Notes: generated by a model not told the origin, from the letters alone. Counted from the first letter of the stretch, positions 1 to 15,448 are shown. The stretch is DNA of 64,000 nucleotides from the human T2T-CHM13v2.0 reference genome, Homo sapiens (GCF_009914755.1 NC_060931.1), one strand, 5' to 3'. Translations and numbers: made by a program.

Positions 1-44
1 TAGTTCTCTTCCCTCCCTTTTCCTTTCCTAACCCTCATACAAGT

Positions 45-84
45 ACATATACACATGTACATGCACAAACACACACACACACAC
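45..84. repeat. (CA)n-type microsatellite, imperfect
   Basis: tacatatacacatgtacatgcacaaacacacacacacacac. Confidence 0.85.
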
Positions 85-108
85 TTTTTGCTTTTAAAAA
101 AAGTTACT

Positions 109-404
109 GGCCAGGCACGGTGGCTCACACCTGTAATCCCAGCACTTTGGGAGGCTGAGTTGGGCGAATCACTTGACGCCAGGAGTTTGAGATCACCCTG
201 GGCAACATGATGAAACCCCAACTCTACAAAAAATACAAAAATTAGCCAGGCATGGTGTTGCATACCTGTAGTCCCAGCTACTCTGGAGCCTGAGGTGGGA
301 GGATTGCTTGAATCCAGGAGGTCAAGGCTGCAGTGAGCCAAGATCACACCACTGCACTTCATCCTGGGTGACAGAGCAAGACTCTGTCTCAACAACAAAA
401 AAAA
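109..404 (+). mobile_element. AluJ (Jb/Jo) SINE, full length
   Basis: GGCCAGGCACGGTGGCTCAC start, dimeric structure, J-type right arm (ggaggattgcttga, gtcaaggctgcagtgag); TSD AAAAAAAGTTACT at 96-108 and 398-410. Confidence 0.95.
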
Positions 405-589
405 GTTACTCTCTTTTCTTCTTATCTCTTTCCTTTTTCCCTTTCCAAGTTACCCACTGTAGCACTGAAGTATGTGAAGGCTTACCCAAGACTTGGGTTG
501 TGATGGTTGGAAAATCAATTTTCTTTGTAATATGGACCATTTGTTTTCCCTTTGCTATTTTCACTCCTTAAAAGAAAAAAACCATACCA

Positions 590-1090
590 ACAAACCACAA
601 ACAAGAAACCTCACATCTTTAGGAGTCCAAATGTAGGAAGCAACAGATATGAGGACTTGGGTGATTAACTAAGGCAAGAAGAAGAGAACTTTGACCAACT
701 CATCTTGCTTCCAGGTAGATGGACTTCAGTTTGCTGACTGAGTCAGAATCCAGAGCCTTCCACAGCTGTCACAGGGAGTCATCACCAAGCTGAGATGTGT
801 GGCCCAGCACTTGTTGCCATTTCTCAGGCCTTGACTCAGGGCCCAATCCAACTGACCTCCAACCAGCCAGAGCCATGTCCCCCATGACCAATTCTCCCCT
901 CATTGCTGGAGCCTTGGGAAATTTCCACCAATGCACAGCCTGGTGCATGGCTAACACCAAAGTGCTCTAACCTTACTCTGAGTCACCAACAACTCTAAAG
1001 AGAGGGACAGGAAGTGCCAAAAGGGCAGCTGGGTGGATTTGTATGGAGGAAAAGGCGGGTCGGGGGGCTGCCATTTTCCTTCACATAAAG
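590..1090. promoter_or_regulatory. Candidate inducible enhancer (AP-1 x3, NF-kB, ETS, RUNX motifs)
   Basis: TGAGTCA 739-745, TGACTCA 832-838, TGAGTCA 979-985, GGGAAATTTCC 916-926, ACAGGAAGTG 1007-1016, AAACCACA 591-598 in non-repetitive DNA; motif evidence only. Confidence 0.45.
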
Positions 1091-1468
1091 GCCAGCGGGG
1101 AGTTGGGAAAGGGCGAAAGAATAGGAACATATCACGGACATTTACCTCTGTAATCAGACCTCTAAATACACATTAGAAAAGTTGCCTACCTTCTTCCTGT
1201 CTTCCTCAGTCATTGCTACAGAAACAGGGGACAGACTGGGGCCCCTCAATTTAGGCATCTGCCCATGTACTAGTCAGGAAGTATGAAAAAGCATGGTGGG
1301 GAGCTGGGGATTCATGAGTTGATGGAACCATAATTTCTGTTCCCAGAAAGCTTATGCTAATGAAGAAGGGGCAGGCAACACACAAGAAAACAAAAGTGAC
1401 CATGCCCTTGTTAAGTACTGTCCTGGGGCAACACTGGGCCTTAGGAACTCCTAAGAGGGCCTCTGGTC

Positions 1469-1797
1469 CAGCAGCCCCCAACCTTTTCTGCACCAGGGAC
1501 TGGTTTCTTGGAAGACAATTTTTCCACAGGTTGGGGAGTGGTATGGGAGGGATGGTTTTGGGATGAAACTTTCTACCTCAGATCATCAGGCATTAGATTC
1601 TCACAAGCAGCACACAACCTAGATCCCTTGCAAACACAGTTCCCAATAGGGTTCTTGCTCTGGTGAGAATCTAATGCTGCTGCTGATCTGACAGGAGGCA
1701 GAGCTTAGGCGGCGATGCTCTAATGCTCGCTTGCCGCTCACCTCCTGCTGTGCAGCTGGAGTAGGGGGAGTTGGGGGAGTGGCTGGGGACCCCCCTG
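1469..1797 (-). mobile_element. MER1B (hAT-Charlie MITE)
   Basis: CAGCAGCCCCCAACCTTTT...GGGGACCCCCCTG termini, internal CATTAGATTCTCA/TGAGAATCTAATG inverted repeat; 8-bp TSD CTCTGGTC (1461-1468) / CTCTAGTC (1798-1805). Confidence 0.9.
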
Positions 1798-1914
1798 CTC
1801 TAGTCTAGTCTGTGCTTGATAGGGAAAGAAATAACAGTCAGAGGAAATGACACACACTAGGCTAAGGGAAGGATAAGGAGAGCAGAGAGAGAAGAAAGAG
1901 GGAGAGGGAGAGAA

Positions 1915-2133
1915 GAGCTGGCATTTGGGGGTTCCTACTACATGCCAGGCATCATTCCTGGATGTTTATGTGTATGGCCTCAATTATGACGTGGTTACTA
2001 TGATGATCCCCTTTTACATGATGGAACAGAGAGGTGAGGTTACCTGCTCAGTGTTACACAGCCAATAATTGGCAAAACTAGAATTCAAATCAGGCATTCT
2101 GGCTCCAGAGCCTCCACTCTTAACCACTACACA
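1915..2133 (-). mobile_element. MIR SINE
   Basis: Reverse complement of MIR core and 5' end (ctggctccagagcctccactcttaaccactac). Confidence 0.8.
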
Positions 2134-2241
2134 GAGAAAACAGCAGGAGAATATGGCGTGTTCAGGAGTAACGGCAAGTTATCTAGTGTGATCGAGTGGA
2201 ACCACACTCATGAAACAGTTGCATCAAAAAATGAACACACT

Positions 2242-2796
2242 CTGACAATTCCTCAAAGAACTGAAAACGGAACTACCATTTGCAATCCGATTACTGGGTA
2301 TATACCCAAAGGAATATAAATCATTCTACCATAAAGACAAATGCACACTGCAGCACTATTCACAATAGCAAAGATATGGAATCAATCTAAATGCCCATCA
2401 AGGATAGACTGGGTAAAGAAAACGTGGTACATATACACTACTGAATACTATGCAGCCATAAAAAAGAATGAGATCACGTCTTTTGTGAGAACGTGGATGG
2501 AGCTGGAGGCCATTATTCTTAGCAAACTAATGCAGGAACAGCAAACCAAATACCGTATGTTCTCACTCATAAGTGGGAGCTAAACAGTGAGAACCAATGA
2601 ACACATAGAGGGGAGCAACAGACACTGGGGCCTACTTGAGGGTGTTGGGCGGGAGGAGGAGGAGGATCAGAAAAAATACTAGGCTTAGTACCTGGGTGAT
2701 GAAATAATCTGTACACCAAACCCCATGACACACGTTTACCTTTATAAATAACAAACCTGCACATGTACCCCTGAACCTAAAATAAAAGTTAAAAAG
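2242..2796 (+). mobile_element. 5'-truncated L1PA (older, roughly L1PA11-16) 3' end
   Basis: ORF2 C-terminus remnant (ORF 2341-2583 AALFTIAKIWNQSKCPS...KYRMFSLISGS), L1 3' UTR, AATAAA and A-tail; TSD AAATGAACACACT at 2229-2241 and 2797-2809. Confidence 0.92.
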
Positions 2797-3871
2797 AAAT
2801 GAACACACTTAACATATAGTGCACAGAGGGACTCCTCAATACTATTCTCACTATTATACACACAAAAAGTGATTATCGGAGCAAGCTGGATAGAATTTGA
2901 GTAACCTCTATGATGCTTGCTGAGAAAGCTACGTTTTCTTTATATTATATAATTATTTCAAGAAAAGTAAAAGTATTAAAGAAGATACTAATATAAAATG
3001 TATATGAAAGTTCTAAATGATATCTTTTTAACATTTTTGGTGAAACACTTGAGCTTGCTTCCACAAACATAACTTTTATATAACAGATTTTAGGCTTCAA
3101 ATGGTTACAGGGAACTTCCAATTAAGAGTTTTTAATGTCCATCTTTTAAAAGTCTTGATAGTCACCATCAATGAGAAATTTCAACCAGAGAGACAGGTAA
3201 TAAAACATTTAAAATGTTTTATTTTGCAACCATTCAAAATGGTACAAAAGTTGAAATTATTAAAATGTCTAAAAGCTCTTTTTCTTTCATTGACAAAGGT
3301 GGAAACGAGAAAGGATTTCCAAAGCAATCATAGTCTTAAATAGAGTATTTCAAGATAATGGTGGAGCTTGCATTAGCAGAAACCACGTGCAATTTTAGGG
3401 CAGACGCCTTGTAGCTAGCTGAGCCACGACTAAAAGGACATGTCATCCACAACCAGACAGATGTATTCAATTATGTGAAGAAAGAGTTTCCTGCCCCACA
3501 ACCATCAGCATCTTGGGAGGCTCACTGTGCCCCTGGTGCACCTGGAATATGAACTTCACCAGCATCTCCAGAAGCACCTTGTTCACAGTGCACAGTGGCT
3601 TGCTCCATGGCTGCTGCTCGGGGAGACATCCAAGCCTGGTGTGCTCAGCGCATCTGCAGCAGAGCAGCAGGCATTAGTTGGGGCTCCCCATTCCTCCTCC
3701 TGGGATGGGGATACACCCTTAGACCTGCTGTGCCACCCTTTGAGAAGCCCTGCACAAGGCTGCTCCCAGCCTGAGGCTACCAGCTTGGCTGCCCCAGGGC
3801 TGAACGAATCAATTTCTGATGGCATATCTGTGACTCATTCATGGCTCACCAATTGGGAACTTCTGAATTAA

Positions 3872-4090
3872 ATAGTTCTTAAGCATGAAGTCTCTGGAGC
3901 CAGACTGCTTAGGTTTGAATCCCAGTTTCTCCTCTTCCCACTCTGTGTCTTTTGGGTAAGTTAATTAAAATTTCTATTTCCCAGCTTTCTCATCTGTAAG
4001 GTCCTAGGCCTTTGTTTACATTAGTTGACTTTACACATGAAGTGCTTTTGACTTGTCCTCAGTACTCAATAAATGTGGGCCATGATTGTT
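3872..4090 (+). mobile_element. MIR SINE
   Basis: ctctggagccagactgcttaggtttgaatcccag ... tttctcatctgtaa ... ctcaataaatg. Confidence 0.8.
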
Positions 4091-4238
4091 ACGCTAAGAT
4101 CCTTGAGTTGAGCATCACTTAGTGACTGAATTTTGATACAGGTTTAATTGTTGAGATCTTTACCCTCCAAGTCTTTTTTTGGGATTTTCTTAAGGCAAAG
4201 GCGAGTCACTGAAATGTAGTTGTTATTTAAAAGCAATG

Positions 4239-4602
<364 letters not shown>

Positions 4603-4629
4603 TCACAGCCTGAAGCCCAGCATGTGGGC

Positions 4630-4848
4630 GGAATGCAGGTGAAGGAGGCCATAGCGAAAGAGTGGCCAAAAATATAGAAGAAAATCCTATCTTTATAGGT
4701 TGGCCAATATGATGACACAAGAGTGAGGAAAAGAGAGTATTTCAAAAGGGTTGACTGGCCGACTGGGTTGAATGCTGCTGAGAGAGCAAGTGGGAGAGCA
4801 TTTAAATGTGTCATGGATTGAGCAATAGTTGTCATCAGTGACTTTAGT
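4630..4848 (-). mobile_element. L2 LINE fragment
   Basis: aatgctgctgagag...catggattgagcaat...gtcatcagtgactt resembles antisense L2. Confidence 0.55.
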
Positions 4849-4849
4849 C

Positions 4850-4922
4850 AGAACATTATATGGCCTACATAGCCTGAAATGTTTGTTATCTGGCTCTTTA
4901 CAAAAAAGTTGGCTGATCCTTG
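4850..4922 (+). mobile_element. MER58A 3' fragment (hAT-Charlie)
   Basis: tatggcc...agcctgaaatgtttgttatctggctctttacaaaaaagttggctgatccttg matches the MER58A right end; partly repeated at 5120-5165. Confidence 0.75.
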
Positions 4923-5362
4923 ATCTGTAGTGAGTGATTTTTCTAAATGCCAGATATAATTCAATAATTTCTCATTGCTCTCAAAATAAAATCCAAATTT
5001 TTTTCTGTAATGAAACCTAGATCCTGGGTTCAAACCCATCTCATGCTACCTGCCCACTGCCTCTTCCACTTTTCGGTCTGTTCTCTGTGTTTCTCTCTGC
5101 CTATCAATCTCTCTCTTGCAATGTTTGTTATCTGTCTCTTTAAAAAAAAAGTTGGCTGATCTTTGACCTGTAGTGAGTGATTTTTCTAAATGCCAGATAT
5201 AATTCAATAATTTCTCATTGCTCTTAAAATAAAATTCAAAATTTTTCCTGTAATGAAACCTAGATCCTGGGTTCATACTCATCTCTTGCTACCTGCCCAC
5301 TGCCCCTTCCACTTTTCCATCTGCTCTTTGTGTTTCTCTCTGCCTATTTATCTCTCTCTTAC
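4878..5362. repeat. Tandem duplication, two copies of a ~242-bp unit
   Basis: Copy 1 4878-5119 and copy 2 5120-5362 both start aatgtttgttatctg and share gtagtgagtgatttttctaaatgccagatataattcaataatttctcattgctc; paired ORFs 4848-5039 and 5046-5282 are near-identical. Confidence 0.95.
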
Positions 5363-5614
5363 ATCTTTTTTTTTCTGTTTCTCTTTTTTTTTTTGCATCT
5401 TTGTGCATAGGATTCTTTTAGTTTGGAACGCTATTTTTTTCTTCCCCACTTTCTATCTTCCCTTCACCCCATTGTTAATGCTACACTACAAAATTATGGT
5501 CTTCTTTCAGATAAAAAAATAAATGTATTTTCCTTAAAAATGATTTTCCTGACCCTCTCCATCTAATTTGGTCATCCTGTTACACTCTCTCATAGCACTG
5601 CCAGCCTTATCATT

Positions 5615-8338
<2,724 letters not shown>

Positions 8339-8339
8339 T

Positions 8340-8500
8340 GGCACTCTGTAATTCTTTACATGCTGGATTTTATACACACACCTGCTATATATACTATGTA
8401 TAACCCAATCATAATGTGATTAATGTGCGTCTCTCCAACTAGACTGCAAGCTCCATGAGGTCACAGATGTTTTCTGTCTTGTACACTTCTGTGTATTATA
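8340..8500 (+). mobile_element. L2 3' region (continuation of the L2 at ~4925-5610)
   Basis: gtctctccaactagactgcaagctccatgagg...tgttttctgtcttgt L2 3' motif. Confidence 0.65.
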
Positions 8501-8854
8501 CATACTGAATTCATAAAAACAGGATATCCAGGGCACCATTATTTTATATTTTGATTTGAACATGAAACAAATATTGTCACCTGTATGACCAACATTTTTA
8601 GCACACTTTGCTCTTATTTAGCTCTGGTCAATATACTGTAATCAAGTAGGATTTTGTCTTTTTTGTTGTTGATAAATGTTAATGAAGGAGTGTAGAGATA
8701 CATCTGTCTAATCTTTGTATTGGCTCTTCATTTCATACTCTGAAGGTGATTTTGAATCCAGAATCTGTTGCCCTCCATGAGTTACTGTATTCTCTTCAAA
8801 TTGTGTTAAAATGCCTTCTTGGTTTTCCTATACATGATTAAGATGTCACCATAA

Positions 8855-9198
8855 CTCTCTTCTTCCATTTGGGCTACAATAACAAAATAGCATAGCCTAA
8901 GTGGCTTATACAGAATAGAAATTTATTTCTCCAGCTCTGGAGGCTGAGAAGTCCAAGAGCAAGGTGCCACAATGACTTCTTGATTGATGAATGGCCATCT
9001 TTTCACTGTAACCTCACATGACAGAATGGGTGAGGGAGGACCCTTGGGCTTGTTTTATAAGGGCTTGAATCCCATTCACGAGATCTCTGCCCTCCTGACC
9101 TAATCACCCAACAAAGGCACTACTTCTCAAATCATATCCTGGGGATTAGGATTTCAACATATGAATTTTGGGGGGACACAAACTTTTGGCCCATAGCA
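8855..9198 (-). mobile_element. MLT1A/MSTD-type MaLR solo LTR
   Basis: agaaatttatttctc...ggaggctgagaagtccaag...tttcaacatatgaattttggggggacacaaac...catagca. Confidence 0.85.
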
Positions 9199-9699
9199 TT
9201 ATCTTTCCTGATTGGCACACAGAAAATGTGCTTGGGTTTTCTTTTTTCTGTCTGTTTCATTTTTCAGACTGCAGTTGAAATTGTCTGAACTAGTTTGTTG
9301 TTTACTCTTTTATGTGCTCTATCTCTGAGCTGATGGGCTCCATGGCAGACCTCCACCACCTTGGTCACCTATTAACATTACAGATTGTCCAAGCAGTCAA
9401 ATTACCCTAAACTTGTTCATCATCTAGTTCCAAGCTTAGCTAAGGAACGGTTTCGTTGTTTTTAGCATGCTTTCAAATATTCAACTCAATCTGAGCTTTG
9501 ACCATTGCTACATTATTCTTATAAACAAATGCTACCATTTTTGTGTCTGTGAAGTAAAATAAAGAAGGCAGTTCATGAGCCTGTCAACCATACTCTGACA
9601 TGCAACAAATATAAACATCTAATGGGTTGCTTTTCTTCATCAGTAAATGGTAGCATTATCTTTAGGGCTTAGAACTCTGTTTTAAGTGGCATTTTATAG

Positions 9700-9895
9700 A
9701 GAAGTGCTTAAGAATGTAGCTGTTCCTAGTTAAGCTCTAGCTCTAAGTCAGTTTCTTAATCTGTAAAACAAAAATGACAACAATTATAATTTATTCTTTT
9801 GCTGTTAAGATTGAATAATATAACTTACATAAAGCACTAGTACAGTGCCTGACACATAGTAAGTTCACAATGTATTGTTTTGTTATTATTATTGC
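9700..9895 (+). mobile_element. MIR SINE
   Basis: cagtttcttaatctgtaaaa ... acagtgcctgacacatagtaag. Confidence 0.75.
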
Positions 9896-10954
9896 TGAAC
9901 ATGATATTAGCATTCAGTCTACACTTGTAGGGATTTCTGCATGATAGAAAATTATTTGTGACCCCTCGTGCAAGTAGTGAAGGTTTGAGATCATGTCTTT
10001 TTTGATAAACGCAGATGACCTTGCATTTTCCTGCAGTCAGTAATCTCTGACAATTAGCATTACCCACCAAAAGAAGACATTTAGGATCCAAATCAATAGC
10101 ATATATAGTGCCTTCCCCTTTGCTTTTGACTCAAAATTGCTTGGATCCAGCTAACAAAATTTAATTTTTAAAAATAAACCTGTGGGCATCTATCTTCTAC
10201 TCATTGCATTGTTGTGTATTAAGGCAAAGCAGCTTTGTCTGTGGTATGCATAGCATTGTATGCATCTGCTGTTGCAGCCTTTCAGGACTGTAGTTTGGTT
10301 CTGTGTATGTACAAAACAACTAGGAAATTTATCATGAGAAAATGCTGACTCAAAATGCCTGTATCCCCAAAGAAAATATTTGTCAGGAAGATCATTGTAG
10401 ATACTTGGAAGGGAGTAAAGAAATTATAGAATTCAATTTTGTAGCAAATCACACTGGCTAGAGCATCTCTAGAGCATATGATAATTTCTGCAGGGTGAGA
10501 AATGACATATATAATGAACATCTACGTACCATTTGACAATTTCTACAAATAATCTCCCTAACAGAATCAAGTCCATGAATGTTCACAGATCTGTTGGAAT
10601 TCCCACTGCTCCTTACACGTGTTGTACTGTATTTAAATAGAAGCAATGTAAGAGTCCATTTATTATTTTACGCATTCAACTGTCAAAATATTGAATAGCT
10701 GTTATACTTCTCTGGTAAGATGACCATAACACATATGAAAGGTATTATATTTTTAAAAGAGTATGTATGTATACTATGTGTGTGTATAAGTATATACCTA
10801 TGCAGAAATAGGACAAGTTAGCAAGAATCTAAACTAAACAATTACCTCTTGTCAATAGAATTTTGATGAGCAAGGTGTGAGAATGTTCATTTTCTTTATT
10901 ATATAATTAACAAAACAAGTGGTATGTCTGATTTACATGTTTAAAAGTTTAACT

Positions 10955-11225
10955 ACAACGTAGTGAATGAAGGGCCAGGGACAAGAGTAAAAACAAGAAG
11001 GGCAAGAAGATGTATCTCAATGAAAGGTGATGTTGGCTTGCATCTGAGTGAAATGAAGTGAACATGGCAACAAAAGAATGAATTTTGAGTACATTTTGCA
11101 TGTAGAGACAGCAATCTCAATTTTCCTGATAGAGAGGGGGCAGAGTGAGAGGGAAAGAGTGAAATAAAGGATGACTCCTGGTTTTTGGCTTGAGAAACTG
11201 GGTAGTTGGTGGTGCTATTTATATA
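10955..11225 (-). mobile_element. L2 LINE fragment
   Basis: aaggatgactcctggtttttggcttgagaaactgggtagttggtggtgc L2 antisense motif. Confidence 0.7.
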
Positions 11226-11284
11226 TTCACAATCCATACGTTCAGGCAACTACAAGGTGTGCAGCATGGCTAGAGCATACTCTC

Positions 11285-11507
11285 TGTGTTAGTCCATTCT
11301 TGCATTGCTATAAAGAAATACCTAAGACTGGGTAATTCATAAAGAAAAGAAGTTTAATTGGCCTACAGTTCTGCAGGCTTTGCAGGAAGAATGGTGCTGG
11401 CATCAGCTCGGCTTCTGGGAGGCATCAGGAAGCTGACAATCATGGCAGAAGGCAAAGGTGGAGCAGGCATGTCACATGGTGACAGCAGGAACAAGACACA
11501 CACACAA

Positions 11508-11538
<31 letters not shown>

Positions 11539-11759
11539 CACACACACAACACACACACACACAGAGATTATGGGGTGCGGGGAGGTGCCACACATTGTAA
11601 ATGATCAGATCTCATGAGAACTCACTATTGTTAAGACATCACCAAACCATGAGGGACCCACCCCCATAGATCAAATACCTCTCACCAGGCCTCACCTCTA
11701 GCATGGGGATTACATTTCAACATGAGAGCTGGGCAGGCTCAAATATCCAAACCAGATCA
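11285..11759 (-). mobile_element. MSTA MaLR solo LTR containing a (CA)n tract
   Basis: TGTGTTAGTCCATTCTTGCATTGCTATAAAGAAATACC ... ATATCCAAACCAGATCA; TG...CA ends. Confidence 0.9.
11496..11562. repeat. (CA)n microsatellite, interrupted
   Basis: Direct reading. Confidence 0.95.
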
Positions 11760-12159
11760 CTCCTCATCCATCCATCCATCCTCAGCTATCCACTAACCGT
11801 TCACTGTATGCAAAGCCAGGGTTCTAGATTCAGGAATGACAAACCAGAGTCCCATTCTCATGAAACTTAGTTGGGGGAGTTACACAAGAAGTAAACAAGG
11901 AAAGATTTCATAAGTCAGACTATATATTTTATATGAATGTAATAATTATATTAGGCCTTACTAATATACTCAGTACATTAGTTTGTGTAGTAGTTATACT
12001 AGGTCTTACTATTCAGCAAGCCATAGACTGCAGGATGAGGCAGTGCCTGATTATAGGTGTCCTGCAAAGAGGATTGGCTTTGATAAAGTATTCTTTAAAG
12101 ATAGAGATTTAAGTGAATTGAAAAGTGAGTTGAAGTCTGGGTTGACCCTGGCATCATAA

Positions 12160-12909
<750 letters not shown>

Positions 12910-13790
12910 AGTCTTTGTTTTCTAACTAGTCACTAAGTGAATTCAGAATTTCTGGGGCAGACTCTCTCACTGGTTCAGCATGTTTAAGAGTTACTTTATG
13001 GCTCTATAAATAATGACAGTGCAACATTTTAAAGAATTAATTTAAAGAAACTCACACTTTGGAAATGGTCCTTATTTATCAGCCCAAATACCTTTTTGTT
13101 GTTTTATCCATTCCTAAGAATTTTGAAGATACTTTCCTAACATTACTTTTTAAATTATTCATGCTACATACATTTTATTTATCTTTATACCTAAGAGGGA
13201 TTCCATTTTCTCTGCATTTCCTACTGACTGGCAGAAGATAGAACCCAGTGTTTCTCCCCAGACAGAGCAGTGCCTTGCAAGGCAAACCAGAATATCTGCA
13301 CTTTTTTTTTTTTTAATGATTAATACCACAGGATATGGTCTTTGGCGAGAGCTATGGAACTAGACTAAGGAGTGTTCTTCAGGTCCCTGGGCCTGTAATT
13401 ATCCGAGGCATACATGCCAGATGGGCCACGTGCCATCGCCATGGTGACCCACGGCAAAGGCATCTCTTTCCTGGCAACTTGAGAACAGCAGATCCAGCAT
13501 AGCTGGTCTCGTGTACGCCTTCTGAGTGCTTACTATAGATACAAAATGAGAGAAGCAAAGGCTCTTTCCTGGCTATGACAAGAGCTCAAAGGGAGTTACT
13601 GGCACTTTCATGTCCATTACCATAACAAGAAAGTGCCTCCCCCTTGCCAGTGACAAGTTTATGTGCCTATGTTAACTAAAAGGGAGAGCTGTGATGCTTC
13701 TTAGGTGGAAGGGTTGAAAGACACTGTGGGTCAATGTGTACATTCTTGCACCTTTTGATTTTTCAAGAACTCATAAACATCTTCTTACCT

Positions 13791-14098
13791 TATTTTATTT
13801 ATTTTTTTTTTTTTGAAAAGGGGGTCTCACTCTGTTTCCCAGGCTGGAGTGCAGTGGTGTGATCTCTGTTCACTGCAACCTCCTCCTCACATGTTCAAGC
13901 AATTCTCCTGCCCCAGCCTCTGGAGTAGCTAGGATTACAGGAGCGTGCCACCATGCCCTGCTAATTTTTTGTATTTTTAGTACAGATGGGGTTTCACCAT
14001 GTTGGCCTGACTGGTCTCTTACTCCTGACTTAAAGTGATCTGCCTGCCTTGGTCTCCCAAAGTGCTGGGATTACAGGCGTGAGCCACCGCACCCCACC
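13791..14098 (-). mobile_element. AluS (Sx-like) SINE
   Basis: Full-length antisense Alu with T-tail. Confidence 0.93.
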
Positions 14099-14189
14099 AG
14101 ATCTTGATGCCTTTTGAAATTCCCCTAGCTGTATGCTGCAGAGGCTGCAAGTGTCTGGTGGGGTTAGATCAGTCTTTTTTGTCCCATAT

Positions 14190-14690
14190 ATCAGGATATT
14201 TTTCTGCTATGAAACATACAACAACAACAACAAAAACAGCAACGACCACAACAAAACAGAATAGCTGAATAAAATGATTTGCAGAGGTTATTGCTAACTT
14301 ACCTACCTAGAAATCTGGAGATAAAAAATTCTAAAATCACTTACTCTGGCAGCTCAGCAATGTGAGGCTGCTGGGATCGCTTCACTCTGATTGTGTTGGC
14401 TGTCTCGTCATGGTCATGAGATGGGCTGTCCAGGCATCCAGCAGCACTTCCCTACCCAAAAATGTCCAAAAGCACGAAGGGCCTTGTCTCAGAAGCCTAT
14501 CAGGAGACTTCCCAGTATGTCCATTGGCCAGGCGTGGGCCACATGACACCCACCTCTTGGCAGAGGGCACTGGAGTTACCATGAATGCCAGTTAGGGCTC
14601 AAACCCTGAGAACACTGACACCTGATACACCAATACAATCAGAGTTCTTTTGGCAAAGAAAGGAAGGCATCTAGGAGTGCCTGCTGGCTC
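14190..14690. mobile_element. Old MaLR LTR (MLT1J/K/L-like) with (CAA)n at 14219-14258
   Basis: ctcgtcatggtcatgagatggg...gacttcccagtatgtccattggccagg...ccacatgacacccacc resembles old MLT1 LTRs. Confidence 0.5.
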
Positions 14691-15448
14691 CTGAGAAAGG
14701 ACAGTCATTGGAGGCTTGTTCTTTGTTTCTTGCTGCAGGTGGGACGTCCTATTAGCTTTCTATTAGCTTTCTAATATTAGCTTTCTCATTCTCTCTAAAA
14801 TTCTAAATCACCGGATTCTCTGATGACCTGTATTTTTTCTCATTTTCACTCACATATGCCAGTAAGAACACATAAACATAAAAACCCGACAGCCCTTCAA
14901 ACAGCAAATTCTGCAGTACTAAGTTTTGTGCATTTATGGGCGTTAACAGCCTCTCACCCTCGAATTATTTCATCCAAGCATTTCTTTATTAAGAAGATCT
15001 TTATTACGCTCCTACTGTGTGTTAGATATGTTCTCTGTCTTGCAGTAGCACACAGTGTAATGAGACATACCGTAACCATGTGGCTACCTGGTAGTTTTCT
15101 TCCACGTAATTTGAAGTGTCATAAAAATAAATTTCAATGCAACAAATTTTACTCAGATAAAGGAAAGAAAAATAACTTAACTAGGGAAATTGGCCACTAG
15201 GGTCTAGGGTGGAGAGAGAGAGGTTGTGCGAGTGAGTGCAGGAGGAGAGTGAGAAAGGTGGGTGAAGGGGGAATCGAAAGAGAAAGACAATGTAAGAAAG
15301 GGGTAAGTAGTTTTCATTTTTATTTCAGTTAGGAAAGGACCATTTCCCTCAACCATTTTGGATTTCAGGACTTCTGAGTTTAATTATTAATAAAATCTGG
15401 GGAACTTGACTTGTGTATGTTCTCTTATTCTCTTTTTGGGAAGTCCAT

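Noticed and set aside
308-571. ORFs with Alu-derived peptides (also 4407-4835, 16662-17072, 38358-38663, 44680-44964, 52594-53007, 56819-57337 and others)
   Set aside because: They are translations of Alu sequence, not genes.
3527-3871. 114-aa ORF in GC-elevated unique DNA
   Set aside because: GTG start, no recognisable domain and no convincing splice sites.
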